A DNA stretch of 64,000 nt from Clostridia bacterium (GTDB lineage: Bacteria > Bacillota > Clostridia > Oscillospirales > CAG-272): assembly GCA_017472305.1 (NCBI GenBank), contig JAFUQP010000016.1, forward strand, positions 5,960 to 69,959, in the 5' to 3' direction. Positions 27,152-37,061 of this stretch are shown piece by piece. Under the pieces are notes generated by a model that saw only the letters and a list, made by a program, of their open reading frames with translations, made no database searches and was not told where the DNA came from. Position 1 is the stretch's first letter; every line of letters starts with the position of its first letter. The translations under genes and the position numbers were made by a program.

Positions 27152-27883
27152 TTGAAGGACGTAAGACTTAAGCTAATTTCCAACAGAAAAATCGCCGAGA
27201 ACACCTACGAGTCAAGGCTTGTGGGTGACCTCTCGGACATCACCGCGGCAGGACAGTTCGTCAACATCAAGCTTGACGGCTTCTACCTTCGCAGACCCAT
27301 CTCGGTATGCGACGTCGTCGGTGACGAGCTCACGATTATATATAAGGCCGTCGGCCGCGGCACCGAAATGATGGCTCGTGCAGAGGTCGGCACAGAGTGG
27401 CTGACCCTCACAGGTCTCGGCAACGGCTACGACCTCTCAAAGAGCGGAGAGCGCCCCCTGCTTATCGGCGGCGGCGCGGGTGTTCCGCCTATGTACCTGC
27501 TTGCAAAGAAGCTTGTAGCGCTTGGCAAGACTCCCACGGTTATCCTCGGCTTTAACACGAAGGCAGAGGTGTTCTACAAGGAAGAGTTTGAGGCGCTCGG
27601 CGTTAAGGTTATCATCACCACAGCCGACGGCTCGGAGGGTATTTGTGGCTTTGTAACCGACGCTATGGACGGCGTTGATTATTCCTACTTCTACACCTGC
27701 GGCCCCGAGCCTATGCTCAAGGCGGTCTACAACAAGAGCACAACCTCGGGAAGCTTCAGCTTCGAGGAAAGAATGGGCTGCGGCTTCGGTGCCTGTATGG
27801 GCTGCTCCTGCGAAACAAAATACGGTAATAAGCGCATTTGCCGCGACGGACCTGTGCTTGTAAAGGAGGAAATAATCTGGTAA
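27152..27883 (+). CDS. pyrK: Dihydroorotate dehydrogenase B electron-transfer subunit
   Basis: LRRPISV, IGGGAGVPP, TCGPEPM, 2Fe-2S motif MGCGFGACMGC...RICRDGPV; TTG start. Confidence 0.93.
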   Translation: MKDVRLKLISNRKIAENTYESRLVGDLSDITAAGQFVNIKLDGFYLRRPISVCDVVGDELTIIYKAVGRGTEMMARAEVGTEWLTLTGLGNGYDLSKSGERPLLIGGGAGVPPMYLLAKKLVALGKTPTVILGFNTKAEVFYKEEFEALGVKVIITTADGSEGICGFVTDAMDGVDYSYFYTCGPEPMLKAVYNKSTTSGSFSFEERMGCGFGACMGCSCETKYGNKRICRDGPVLVKEEIIW

Positions 27884-27947
27884 AGCTCGGCGGAAGGCAG
27901 AGCCTTCGACCGACCGAAGCGACACGCGTCGCACCGGAGAAAAGACT

Positions 27948-28859
27948 ATGGCAAACACGAAAGTAACACTCTGCGGTATCGAGCTTGACAACCCTATTAT
28001 TCCCGCAAGCGGTACCTTTGGCTTCGGCTATGAATTCGCCGAGCTATACGACATAAATATACTTGGCTCGCTCTCCTTCAAGGGAACGACGCTTAACCCG
28101 AGATTCGGAAACCCGACGCCCCGTATTGCGGAGTGTCCGTCGGGAATGCTCAACGCTGTCGGACTTCAGAACCCCGGAGTTGACAGGGTAAAGTCCGAGG
28201 AGCTGCCGAAGCTCCGCCGTGTATTCCACAAGCCGATTATGGCGAACGTTTCGGGCTTCTCCCGCGAGGAGTACGTTGAAACCGTCAGAAGGCTTGACGA
28301 CGAGGCTGATATCGGCTGGTTCGAGATTAACATTTCCTGCCCCAACGTTCACGGCGGCGGAATGAGCTTCGGCACCTCTCCCGAGAGCGCCGAGGAAATC
28401 ACGAGAGCCGTAAGGGAGGTAACAAAGAAGCCTATTATTATTAAGCTCTCGCCGAACGTCACCGACATTGCCGCAATCGCAAAGGCGTGCGAGGCGGGCG
28501 GAGCTGACGGCGTCAGCCTTATAAACACCCTTATGGGTATGAGAATTGACCTTCGCCGCCGCGCACCGATAATCAAGAACAAGACGGGAGGCTATTCAGG
28601 CCCTGCAATTCTGCCCGTGGCTGTGAGAATGGTATATCAGGTATACGAGGCGGTTAAAATTCCTATCGTCGGAATGGGCGGTGTCGCCACCGCAGAGGAC
28701 GTAATCGAGCTTATGCTCGCCGGCGCAACCGCGGTTGAGGTAGGAGCCGAAAACCTCGTCAACCCCTTCGCCTGCCGCGATATTATCGCACAGCTGCCCG
28801 AGGTTATGGCGAAATATAGAATTAATTCTCTTGCTGAAATCACGGGTGGCGCACATTAA
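27948..28859 (+). CDS. pyrD: Dihydroorotate dehydrogenase B catalytic subunit
   Basis: [41 protein letters not shown]. Confidence 0.95.
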   Translation: MANTKVTLCGIELDNPIIPASGTFGFGYEFAELYDINILGSLSFKGTTLNPRFGNPTPRIAECPSGMLNAVGLQNPGVDRVKSEELPKLRRVFHKPIMANVSGFSREEYVETVRRLDDEADIGWFEINISCPNVHGGGMSFGTSPESAEEITRAVREVTKKPIIIKLSPNVTDIAAIAKACEAGGADGVSLINTLMGMRIDLRRRAPIIKNKTGGYSGPAILPVAVRMVYQVYEAVKIPIVGMGGVATAEDVIELMLAGATAVEVGAENLVNPFACRDIIAQLPEVMAKYRINSLAEITGGAH

Positions 28860-28965
28860 GTCAGACAATACAAACTGCGGCGCACCCGCTGAATTCCCGC
28901 GCTTGAATTGGGAATTGACTCAAAACACGAAAAACACAACGAAATGTAAAGAAAGGCTTACAAAA

Positions 28966-29664
28966 ATGGGAAGAGACGTAATTATAGCCTGCGACTTTGA
29001 CAGCGCAGAAAAGACTTTTGCCTTCCTCGACAAGTTCACAGGAAGGAAGCCCTTCGTTAAAATCGGTATGGAGCTTTACTATGCCGAGGGCCCCGAAATC
29101 GTTAAAGAAATCAAGAGAAGAGGCCACAAGATTTTCCTTGACCTCAAGCTCCACGATATCCCCAACACCGTAAAGAAGGCTATGGCAGTTCTGTCGCGCC
29201 TTGACGTTGATATGACCAACCTTCACGCGGCAGGCACCGTTGCAATGATGGAGGCTGCTATCGAGGGACTTACCCGTCCCGACGGAAGCCGTCCTATGCT
29301 TATCGCGGTAACCCAGCTCACCTCGACGAGCGAGGAGAGAATGAAGTCCGACCTTCTTATTAACGAGCCTATCGACAAGGTTGTTATGCACTATGCAGGC
29401 TGTGCAAAGACCGCAGGTCTTGACGGCATAGTATGCTCGCCCCTTGAGGCAGGCAAGGTACACGACAAGTGCGGCAAGGATTTCGTCACCGTTACCCCCG
29501 GCGTAAGATTTGCCGACGGCGACAAGGGCGACCAGGTAAGAGTTATGACTCCCGCCGACGCGAAGGCAATCGGCTCTGACTACATCGTAGTCGGCAGACC
29601 TATCACCGCGGCAGCCGACCCCGTAGCGGCATACGAGAGATGCTGCGCCGAGTTTATCGGCTGA
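28966..29664 (+). CDS. pyrF: Orotidine-5'-phosphate decarboxylase
   Basis: [29 protein letters not shown]. Start at [10 protein letters not shown]. Confidence 0.95.
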   Translation: MGRDVIIACDFDSAEKTFAFLDKFTGRKPFVKIGMELYYAEGPEIVKEIKRRGHKIFLDLKLHDIPNTVKKAMAVLSRLDVDMTNLHAAGTVAMMEAAIEGLTRPDGSRPMLIAVTQLTSTSEERMKSDLLINEPIDKVVMHYAGCAKTAGLDGIVCSPLEAGKVHDKCGKDFVTVTPGVRFADGDKGDQVRVMTPADAKAIGSDYIVVGRPITAAADPVAAYERCCAEFIG

Positions 29665-29755
29665 CGGTCGGTATCGGGCCTCGGACACTTTTTCTAAAAA
29701 ACAACAAGGTTAAATATTGGCGGAGAGCATTCTCCGAAATATAAAGGAGATAAAA

Positions 29756-30412
29756 ATGGAAGGCTACAAGAGAGAATTTATACAGTTTTTAGAGGGAGCT
29801 GGCGTTCTTAAGTTCGGTGACTTCACCGCAAAGAGCGGAAGAAAAATCCCCTATTTCATCAACGCAGGAGAAATCAAGACAGGCGACCAGATTGCAAGGC
29901 TCGGCGAGTTCTACGCAAAGAGCTACCTTGACAAGGTTGGCAACCGCCGCGCGGTTCTCTACGGCCCTGCATATAAGGGCATTTCCATCGCGGTTGCTAC
30001 CTCGATAGGACTCTCCAAGTCGGGACTTGACGTTCCCTTCTTCTTCAACAGAAAGGAAGCAAAGGACCACGGCGAGGGCGGCGTTTTCGTAGGCTACAAG
30101 CCGAGTGCAGGAGAGGACGTTGTTATCGTTGAGGACGTTATTACCGCAGGCACGGCTATCCGTGAGAGTATGGCTATTCTCTCGGGACTTGAGAGCGCAC
30201 GAGTTGCCGCTTGCTTCGTTATGGTTGACAGAAAGGAAAAGGGCCAGACCGAGAAATCGGCTATGGCAGAGGTCGGCGAGGAGTTCGGCTTCCCCGTATA
30301 TTCCGTAGTTGACGTTTACGACATTATCGAGTACCTCGAGGAGGACTCAAAGAACGCCGAGAACGTTGCGAGAATAAGAAAATATCTCGAGGTTTACGGC
30401 GCAAAAGCGTGA
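29756..30412 (+). CDS. pyrE: Orotate phosphoribosyltransferase
   Basis: LKFGDFTAKSGR..PYF, GPAYKGI, NRKEAKDHGEGG, VEDVITAGTA. Confidence 0.95.
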   Translation: MEGYKREFIQFLEGAGVLKFGDFTAKSGRKIPYFINAGEIKTGDQIARLGEFYAKSYLDKVGNRRAVLYGPAYKGISIAVATSIGLSKSGLDVPFFFNRKEAKDHGEGGVFVGYKPSAGEDVVIVEDVITAGTAIRESMAILSGLESARVAACFVMVDRKEKGQTEKSAMAEVGEEFGFPVYSVVDVYDIIEYLEEDSKNAENVARIRKYLEVYGAKA

Positions 30413-30546
30413 TTTTGTAAGCTTTAGTTGTCAGATTTGCTACAAAATTAACTAAATTCGGCAGGGCAAGAGGGCGCGGCTTCAAGCAAAAATGCCGAGC
30501 CCGTGGGCGCTCTCCCACACCTCCCCGCCGCAGAGAAAGGGTAAAT

Positions 30547-31602
30547 ATGAGAAACCTTGTAAACATACTTGACCTGTCCACAGAGGAGATTGACGAGCTA
30601 GTCAAGGTAGCCTCGGACATACTTGAAAACCCCGATATGTACTCCGACTCCTGCAGAGGAAAAATTCTCGGCACGCTCTTCTTTGAGCCCTCAACGAGAA
30701 CAAGGCTCTCCTTCACCTCTGCTATGATGGGACTCGGCGGCAGCGTTCTCGGCTTCTCTCAGGCGAACAGCTCCTCGGTATCGAAGGGCGAAACCGTGTC
30801 GGACACCATCAGAATGGTAAGCGCATACTCCGACATTATCTGTATGCGTCACCCGAAGGAGGGCGCACCTATCGTTGCCTCTCACGTAGCGAGCGTCCCC
30901 GTAATCAATGCGGGCGACGGCGGACACTTCCACCCCACCCAGACGCTCACCGACCTTCTGACAATCAACAAGAAGAAGGGCAGGTTCAACAACCTCACTA
31001 TAGGCGTATGCGGCGACCTCAAGTACGGCAGGACGGTGCATTCGCTCATCTCGGCAATGGCAAGATACGAGGGAATTAAGTTCATACTCATAGCCCCCGA
31101 TGAGCTGAAGCTCCCCGACTACGTCAAGGAGGAATTCCTCTATGACGGCAGATGCGAGTACGTCGAAACGCGCGACCTCGAGGCGGCAATTCCCGAGCTT
31201 GATATTCTCTATATGACGAGAATTCAGGCAGAGCGCTTCGACTCGGTCGAGGAATACGAAAGACTTAAGGACTCCTATATTCTGAACGCCGCAAAGCTCG
31301 CCACAGCGAAGCCCGACCTCTCGGTAATGCACCCCCTTCCCCGCGTTAACGAGATTGACGTGGACGTGGACGACGACCCGAGAGCCGACTACTTCGACCA
31401 GGCAATGTACGGCAGATACATCAGAATGGCGCTCATTCTTATGCTCCTTAAATCCAAGGGCAACGACGACCGCCTTGCAGGTGCTGTCGAAAACCGTGCG
31501 CTCCGTTGCAGAAATCCGCACTGCATCTCCCGCACCGAAAGAGGCATAAAGCACCTCTTCGACGGCAACAGATGCATCTATTGCGACCAGACGGCAAGAT
31601 AA
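30547..31602 (+). CDS. pyrB: Aspartate carbamoyltransferase catalytic chain fused to a PyrI-type C-terminal Zn-binding domain
   Basis: [18 protein letters not shown]; tail CRNPHCIS..E......RCIYCD. Confidence 0.93.
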   Translation: MRNLVNILDLSTEEIDELVKVASDILENPDMYSDSCRGKILGTLFFEPSTRTRLSFTSAMMGLGGSVLGFSQANSSSVSKGETVSDTIRMVSAYSDIICMRHPKEGAPIVASHVASVPVINAGDGGHFHPTQTLTDLLTINKKKGRFNNLTIGVCGDLKYGRTVHSLISAMARYEGIKFILIAPDELKLPDYVKEEFLYDGRCEYVETRDLEAAIPELDILYMTRIQAERFDSVEEYERLKDSYILNAAKLATAKPDLSVMHPLPRVNEIDVDVDDDPRADYFDQAMYGRYIRMALILMLLKSKGNDDRLAGAVENRALRCRNPHCISRTERGIKHLFDGNRCIYCDQTAR

Positions 31603-31716
31603 GCGAAGGAGCAACACGCTCACGCAAAAGCCACCAAGTCAAAGACAGCTCCGCGGAGCTTTCGTATTAAAAACCAAAAAAATCAATAGCATTATATCTT
31701 TCCACAGGTCTATTAC

Positions 31717-31756
31717 AAGGGCAGGCGCACAAATTTGCGCCTGCCCTTCTCTTTTT
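31717..31756 (+). terminator. pyr operon terminator
   Basis: AAGGGCAGGCGCA-caaatt-TGCGCCTGCCCTT-ctcTTTTT. Confidence 0.8.
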
Positions 31757-31873
31757 CATTTCGTCGCGCTTGAACTTTAATGACAAATTCGGTCAAATAA
31801 TTTACACATCGGTAAGTTTTGTTAAATAATTATCAAAATAAAATAGGAATTTAATTATATTATTAAATAATGC

Positions 31874-31902
31874 TTGCAAATTTCAAAATATAGTGCTATA
31901 AT
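31874..31902 (+). promoter_or_regulatory. SigA promoter of the SipW operon
   Basis: TTGCAA-17 nt-TATAAT with an extended TG, and AT-rich upstream DNA. Confidence 0.7.
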
Positions 31903-31979
31903 GAAAGCAAGCATCAGCGTTGGAACCGCACTTTGATGCGCAATTCTAAAATTTGCAAATATAAAAAAGGAGAAAAACA

Positions 31980-32600
31980 ATGAAAAACAGAAGATTTACA
32001 ATAGTAGCTTTCCTTCTTGTTGCAGTTGTCGCAATGAGCGTAGGATTTGCAGCTATTACAAGACAGGTTACCATCAGCGGTACAACCTATCTTAACGTTG
32101 ATTCAAGCTTCGCAATTAAGTTTGATAGCTTTGCTCTCAACGAATCCTCTACCACTGCGCCGAACAAAACAGCCGACTACATTCCCGCTGTAACATACAT
32201 AGACGGCGATGCAAAAACGCAGGCACAGGTTAACATAGGTACTATAGGAACCGGAAGCACTACAAACAACGCCTTCACCGCTGCAGGTCAGGTCGTAGTA
32301 TTCGACATCACCGTTATCAACCCCAGCACACAGTATAAGGCAAAGCTTCAGGCACCTAACATTTCCTTCGGCTCCAATGCCACCAACGACTACATAAACG
32401 TTGAGCTTATTAAGGCAGGCGGCACCGCTGATGATATAGAAGGCACTCTGCTTGACGTTTACGACACAACCGACACCGAAGATACCGTTAACCTTACTCT
32501 CAAGGTTACTCTTAAACAGATGCCTACCGACGCAACCGAGATTGCCTTCACCGTTCTTCTTAAGGCAGACGCGCAGACCAAGAACGGCAGCGGATCTTAA
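31980..32600 (+). CDS. Secreted protein with a SipW-type signal peptide; probable TasA/CalY-like fibre subunit
   Basis: MKNRR-hydrophobic-VGFA|AITRQVTISGT; 206 aa, beta-rich; first gene before the signal peptidase. Confidence 0.65.
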   Translation: MKNRRFTIVAFLLVAVVAMSVGFAAITRQVTISGTTYLNVDSSFAIKFDSFALNESSTTAPNKTADYIPAVTYIDGDAKTQAQVNIGTIGTGSTTNNAFTAAGQVVVFDITVINPSTQYKAKLQAPNISFGSNATNDYINVELIKAGGTADDIEGTLLDVYDTTDTEDTVNLTLKVTLKQMPTDATEIAFTVLLKADAQTKNGSGS

Positions 32601-32666
32601 TCCAATTAATTAATGCGAATAAGCTAGAACAAGGGCTAGCACAGACACAGAAAGGAGAACGGACGT

Positions 32667-33791
32667 ATGACCGTTAGCGCTGACAAGTCACGTCTTTACG
32701 TTATATCCGCGGCTCTGCCCGTTCTCCTTTTCGCGGCACTGTTTGTCCCGATGGGAAATGCGGGGCTCGCTGCCGCAGTCATATTGGCAATCGCCTACCC
32801 GACGGTGGCGTTGCTGATAAAAAAGAGGCCGCTCCTATCAATCCGCTCGCGCGAGGCTTTGCTTGTATGCTCCGCGAGCGCGGCACTCTTTGTAACAATC
32901 TTATTTCTTTCGGGCCTTTATTTCGGATTTAAATCCCCTGCGGTTCCACTAACGCTCGACAGCTTTTTGGTTTATACACTTCCTTCGGTGATTATAGTTA
33001 TATTCGCCGAGCTTATAAGAAACATATTAATATCCCAGGAGTCTACCCCCGCGGCAATATCCTCTTATGCCGTCGGTGTTCTCTCCGAGCTTTTGTTTAC
33101 TGCGGGAATAGCGGGTATAACCACCGCCGAGAGCCTCGTTAGCTTTGTCGGCAACTATTTCCTTCCCGCAATCACACTTAATCTCCTCTACGGCTACCTT
33201 TCGCCAAGATACGGGGCGACCTCAGTAATAGCCTTCAGGCTTATTATGCTTTTGCCGTTTGAGCTGATTCCCTACACCCCTGCCCTGCCGGAGCTGATTT
33301 TTGCTTTTGTAAGGCTAATATTCCCTCTTTTGGTTTACAGCTTTGTGCGTTCTCTTTACGAGAAAAGAAGAAGAGTCGCGCATAGAAGCTTTGCTCTTTT
33401 CTCAAATATAATCACAGCGCTACTCGCACTCGTTGCCGTGGCGATTATGATGCTCCTATCCTGCCGCTTCAGCTTCGGCGCACTCGTCGTAGGCTCGGAG
33501 AGTATGTCGGGCGCAATTGAGAAGGGCGACGTTATTGTTTACAAGTCTTACGGCAGAGAGCCTATTGCCGAGGGCGAGGTTATCGTCTTTGACAAAGAGG
33601 GTGTACGCACTATCCACCGCGTTGACGACGTTCAGCAGATAGACGGAGAGATGCGATACTATACAAAGGGAGATGCGAACGAGGAGCGCGACACAGGCTA
33701 CGTCACCGAGTCGGAAATCGTAGGAACGGTAATACACCGCCTTCCTGCTATCGGATATCCTACTCTGATGATTGACAGTCTGTTTGATTAG
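32667..33791 (+). CDS. SipW-like (ER/archaeal-type, Ser-His) signal peptidase I with a polytopic N-terminal membrane domain
   Basis: VVGSESMSGAIEKGD, TIHRV, YYTKGDANEERD; about 8 TM helices precede the catalytic domain. Confidence 0.85.
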   Translation: MTVSADKSRLYVISAALPVLLFAALFVPMGNAGLAAAVILAIAYPTVALLIKKRPLLSIRSREALLVCSASAALFVTILFLSGLYFGFKSPAVPLTLDSFLVYTLPSVIIVIFAELIRNILISQESTPAAISSYAVGVLSELLFTAGIAGITTAESLVSFVGNYFLPAITLNLLYGYLSPRYGATSVIAFRLIMLLPFELIPYTPALPELIFAFVRLIFPLLVYSFVRSLYEKRRRVAHRSFALFSNIITALLALVAVAIMMLLSCRFSFGALVVGSESMSGAIEKGDVIVYKSYGREPIAEGEVIVFDKEGVRTIHRVDDVQQIDGEMRYYTKGDANEERDTGYVTESEIVGTVIHRLPAIGYPTLMIDSLFD

Positions 33792-33806
33792 AATCGAGGT
33801 GCGACA

Positions 33807-35651
33807 ATGTCAGAAGAAGAAAAGAAAAAACGAAGTGAATATAAAAGGTGGCGCACGAGGGCAATTACTGTCATTTCGGCGGTGCTTGCCTCGCTTATAC
33901 TCGTCACCGCAGTTATGGCACTCATTTACAGGCGCCTTGACGAAACCTATTACATAGAATACTACGAGTCGGGCAGCACGAGCTACTCGGTATCACTGTT
34001 TGACAACGACTTTTACGAGGACGACACACTCGAGGGCGGCAATGCCTACGTTACCTCGCTTGTTGATAAGCTTGCCCTGAATTTCAGGTATAACCTGCTG
34101 ACCGCGGCAGAGGGTGTCACCTACGATTACTCATACAAGGTTTTCTCGAAGGTAAAAATCCTTGACAGAACCTCGGGAAAGCTCCTCTACGAGAAAGCAA
34201 GCGATATTATCCCCGACACGGGAAAGCTCACCTCGAACGAGAAGAGCCTTATGCTTTCTCCCGGCATTACCGTTGACTACGCGGCGTGCAACGAGCTTGC
34301 CACCCGCTTTATCGAAACCTACTCGGGAACAGGCACGCTTGAGGTAACGATGCAGGTATCGGTCACAGGCTCCGGCAAGGGCTTTGACAGCACCGGCACG
34401 GGTGTATACTACCTCACCCTCACAGCCCCCCTCGGTACCGAAACCGTAAGCTTCACCACGACCTCGACACCCCCCGACGGTACGAGAATTCTCGCGTCCT
34501 CGTCCTTTGAGGGCAAGGAGATTTTCCTTATTCTTGCGCTCGTGTTCGGTGCGCTTGCAATTCTCGGCGCTATCGTATTGACAATATTTGTTTACAAAAC
34601 GCGTAACAAGGACATCAACTACAGAATAAAGGTGCAGAAGCTTGTTTCTGCATACAAGTCCTTCATACAGAAAATTACAAGCGAGGTGGACCTCTCGTCC
34701 TACTCGCCGATATACGTCGAGGGCTTCTCCGACCTTCTCGAAATACGCGACACGCTTCAGTCGCCTATACTTATGTTTGAGAACGGCGACCAGACCAAGA
34801 CGACCTTCTATATCCCCACACAAACAAGCCTTATCTACGTATATGAAATAAAGGTTGAGAACTACGACCTTATCTACGCGGCAACAGCGGCGGCAGCCGA
34901 GGCAAGCGAGGTACTCACCGAAGCATCGGTAATCTTCGATGCCGCGGAATACACCGATAAGGAAGCGGCTCCCGTATGCGAGGTAGCATGCACAGAAGCC
35001 GCAAAGGAAGAGCAACCCGAAGCCGATGCCGCAGTCGAGGAAATCTCCGTAGGAGAGGATACCCCCGCAGAAGAAGAGCCTGCTGTCGACGCAGAGCCCA
35101 CGGCAGAAGCCGCAAAAGAAGCTGTAAGTGATGCTTCTCCGGAGAACACCGACGGCACGGCAGACTTTATGAGCGGCATTAAGTACGACTACAGCTTCGA
35201 GGCAAAGCTCTCGCTAGCAGACGATGAAACCAAAGACTTCTATGCCTCTATCGCAACCTTCGTTAAGGCTCGCGGCGTCAAGATACAGCGCAGCTGGAAG
35301 AAGGAGAGAGTTTACCTTGGCAGAAATCTCTTTGCAACTCTTATTTTCAAGGGTGCGCGCCTTGCGGTTGCGCTTGCGCTTGACCCTAAGGAATACGAAG
35401 GCTCTAAGTACAAGTTCACCGACCTGTCGGGAGTTAAGCGCTTCGCCGAAACTCCTATGCTCATAAAAATCACCTCGAAGAGGAGAGTTAAGTACGTCTA
35501 CGAGCTTCTCACAGTGATGTTTGAGAATGCGGGCGTACCCGAAACCGCAAAGGAGGTTAAGCTTGATAAAATCCCTGCCCTCGGCAGACGCGCTCTTATC
35601 AACAGAGGCCTTATCAAGGTGACAGACAGAACCAAGTCAAAGAAGAGCTGA
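33807..35651 (+). CDS. DUF5305-like membrane protein with an acidic linker and a basic C-terminal cytoplasmic domain
   Basis: Two TM segments flank a beta-rich domain (YSVSLFDNDFYE); VEGFSDLLEIRDTLQSPIL; Ala/Glu-rich linker; FEAKL...RSWKKE...ALALDPKEY...PMLIKITSKRRVKY domain. Confidence 0.55.
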   Translation: MSEEEKKKRSEYKRWRTRAITVISAVLASLILVTAVMALIYRRLDETYYIEYYESGSTSYSVSLFDNDFYEDDTLEGGNAYVTSLVDKLALNFRYNLLTAAEGVTYDYSYKVFSKVKILDRTSGKLLYEKASDIIPDTGKLTSNEKSLMLSPGITVDYAACNELATRFIETYSGTGTLEVTMQVSVTGSGKGFDSTGTGVYYLTLTAPLGTETVSFTTTSTPPDGTRILASSSFEGKEIFLILALVFGALAILGAIVLTIFVYKTRNKDINYRIKVQKLVSAYKSFIQKITSEVDLSSYSPIYVEGFSDLLEIRDTLQSPILMFENGDQTKTTFYIPTQTSLIYVYEIKVENYDLIYAATAAAAEASEVLTEASVIFDAAEYTDKEAAPVCEVACTEAAKEEQPEADAAVEEISVGEDTPAEEEPAVDAEPTAEAAKEAVSDASPENTDGTADFMSGIKYDYSFEAKLSLADDETKDFYASIATFVKARGVKIQRSWKKERVYLGRNLFATLIFKGARLAVALALDPKEYEGSKYKFTDLSGVKRFAETPMLIKITSKRRVKYVYELLTVMFENAGVPETAKEVKLDKIPALGRRALINRGLIKVTDRTKSKKS

Positions 35652-35695
35652 CCCTCAGCCATCAAGCACAAACCATAGGGAAAGGAGAAAAAGAT

Positions 35696-36772
35696 ATGCG
35701 TATTCTAAGAAAAATTACGCTCGGAATCTTTCTCTTCCTTTCCCTTTCATTTATTTCTGTGGGATATGCCTCTATATCGAGAAACCTGCAAATAAGCGGA
35801 ACAGTCAACTACACAGCGCCATCGGGCGTTTATATATGGAAGGCTGAGCCGAAAAATTCCGCCGATGCAACCGTCAACAGCTACACAGGCACAAACCTCG
35901 ACAGCACGGTAAGGCTCTCGAACACCGACGGCGCCGATACAGAAGAAATCACGCTCACCTTCTACAACAACTCAGCCTCGACCTACATATACGACAAGAC
36001 AACCTACGAAAGCGATGCCTACAGCAACGCGTCCATTATCTCCGATACCAAGGACGCCTTTCCGATAATCGAGCCAAGAGGCTTTCTTGAGCTGACCGTA
36101 AGCTTTTCCTACAGCGGCGGCACCGTCGCGGCAAGCAACGAGCTGACCTCACTCCTTCACTTTGGCTTCACACTCAGCTCGGGAAGCACCGCAATAAAGG
36201 TTACAGAGGGAAATACTTCCGACAACCCATATTCTATACACGACGGCTCAATTCTCTTCGGTGATACCTCGGAGCGTTGGACTAACTGGGCTCCGAATGA
36301 CCAGGGAAGAGGGGACGTAACGACTCTTGACGTTGCCTTCCTTGAAGATGTCAAATTTGATATGCTTGAGCTGTACCACTTCGTAGATGCCGAGGGCTGC
36401 GACTTCCCCGACTCGGTGAGCATCTCTTATTTTGACGAGGAGCTCGGCGAGTTCCTGCCTCTCGAAGTAACAGAAACGAAGTACTACAGAAGCGAGGAGC
36501 ATACGGTATCAAACCGCCACGTCGTTTACTCAATGGAAATCGACAACGACAAAAACGGCACATACACCTCAATAACAATTCGCGACGGCTACCGCGGTGA
36601 GATGCCTATGACAGAATTTGCCGCCGCCTCGCCCGTTACCACGAGAATGCTCCGTCTCACCCTCGACGGCAAGGATGCGGCAGGCTCCTACAACAGCAAG
36701 GGCTACTACGTAGGTATCACAGAGCTTATGCTCTACCTTGACGGTAACGAGGTATCGTTTACCAACGAATAG
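35696..36772 (+). CDS. Second SipW-type substrate with a C-terminal galactose-binding/discoidin-like domain
   Basis: Signal ..ISVGYA|SISRNLQISGTV parallels 31980; IHDG...RWTNW...LDVAF...DFPDSVSI...VTTRMLRLTL...VGITEL. Confidence 0.65.
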   Translation: MRILRKITLGIFLFLSLSFISVGYASISRNLQISGTVNYTAPSGVYIWKAEPKNSADATVNSYTGTNLDSTVRLSNTDGADTEEITLTFYNNSASTYIYDKTTYESDAYSNASIISDTKDAFPIIEPRGFLELTVSFSYSGGTVAASNELTSLLHFGFTLSSGSTAIKVTEGNTSDNPYSIHDGSILFGDTSERWTNWAPNDQGRGDVTTLDVAFLEDVKFDMLELYHFVDAEGCDFPDSVSISYFDEELGEFLPLEVTETKYYRSEEHTVSNRHVVYSMEIDNDKNGTYTSITIRDGYRGEMPMTEFAAASPVTTRMLRLTLDGKDAAGSYNSKGYYVGITELMLYLDGNEVSFTNE

Positions 36773-36806
36773 CACCCTTGATGACACCTGCTCAACAAAA
36801 TACTAA

Positions 36807-36848
36807 AAGTGGAGATGCCGACTTTACAGCATCTCCACTTGTTTTTTT
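36807..36848 (+). terminator. SipW operon terminator
   Basis: AAGTGGAGATGC-loop-GCATCTCCACTT-gTTTTTTT. Confidence 0.8.
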
Positions 36849-36887
36849 ATTCGGTTTTACCGAATGCCGCAGTTTTCTTACTGCCGT

Positions 36888-36923
36888 TAGCCGTGGCGGA
36901 GTCGAACACATAAGCCCTACGGC
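36888..36923. repeat. Dispersed REP-like element, copy 2
   Basis: TAGCCGTGGCGGAGTCGAACACATAAGCCCTACGGC, identical to the copy at 17315. Confidence 0.8.
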
Positions 36924-37061
36924 GATAAATTTTTGTGCCTTTTACCGCCCCCGCCTCGTAAAGTCGTTAGCCAACCAAACCAATAACCATTCGCAACTCG
37001 TACATACTCCTGTATCGGAGCACAATAGGCTTATTTTGTATACCTTTGTTTGCAAATACAA

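Noticed and set aside
27144-27155. Mini-ORF ATG-CGC-GAT-TGA overlapping the pyrK TTG start
   Set aside because: The ATG is too close to the RBS; the spacing fits the TTG. There is no evidence for a regulatory role.
31603-31680. c-di-GMP-I riboswitch upstream of the SipW operon
   Set aside because: Only an ACGCAAAAGC fragment resembles it. The P1/P2 elements are missing, and it lies upstream of the pyr terminator and of the operon's own promoter.
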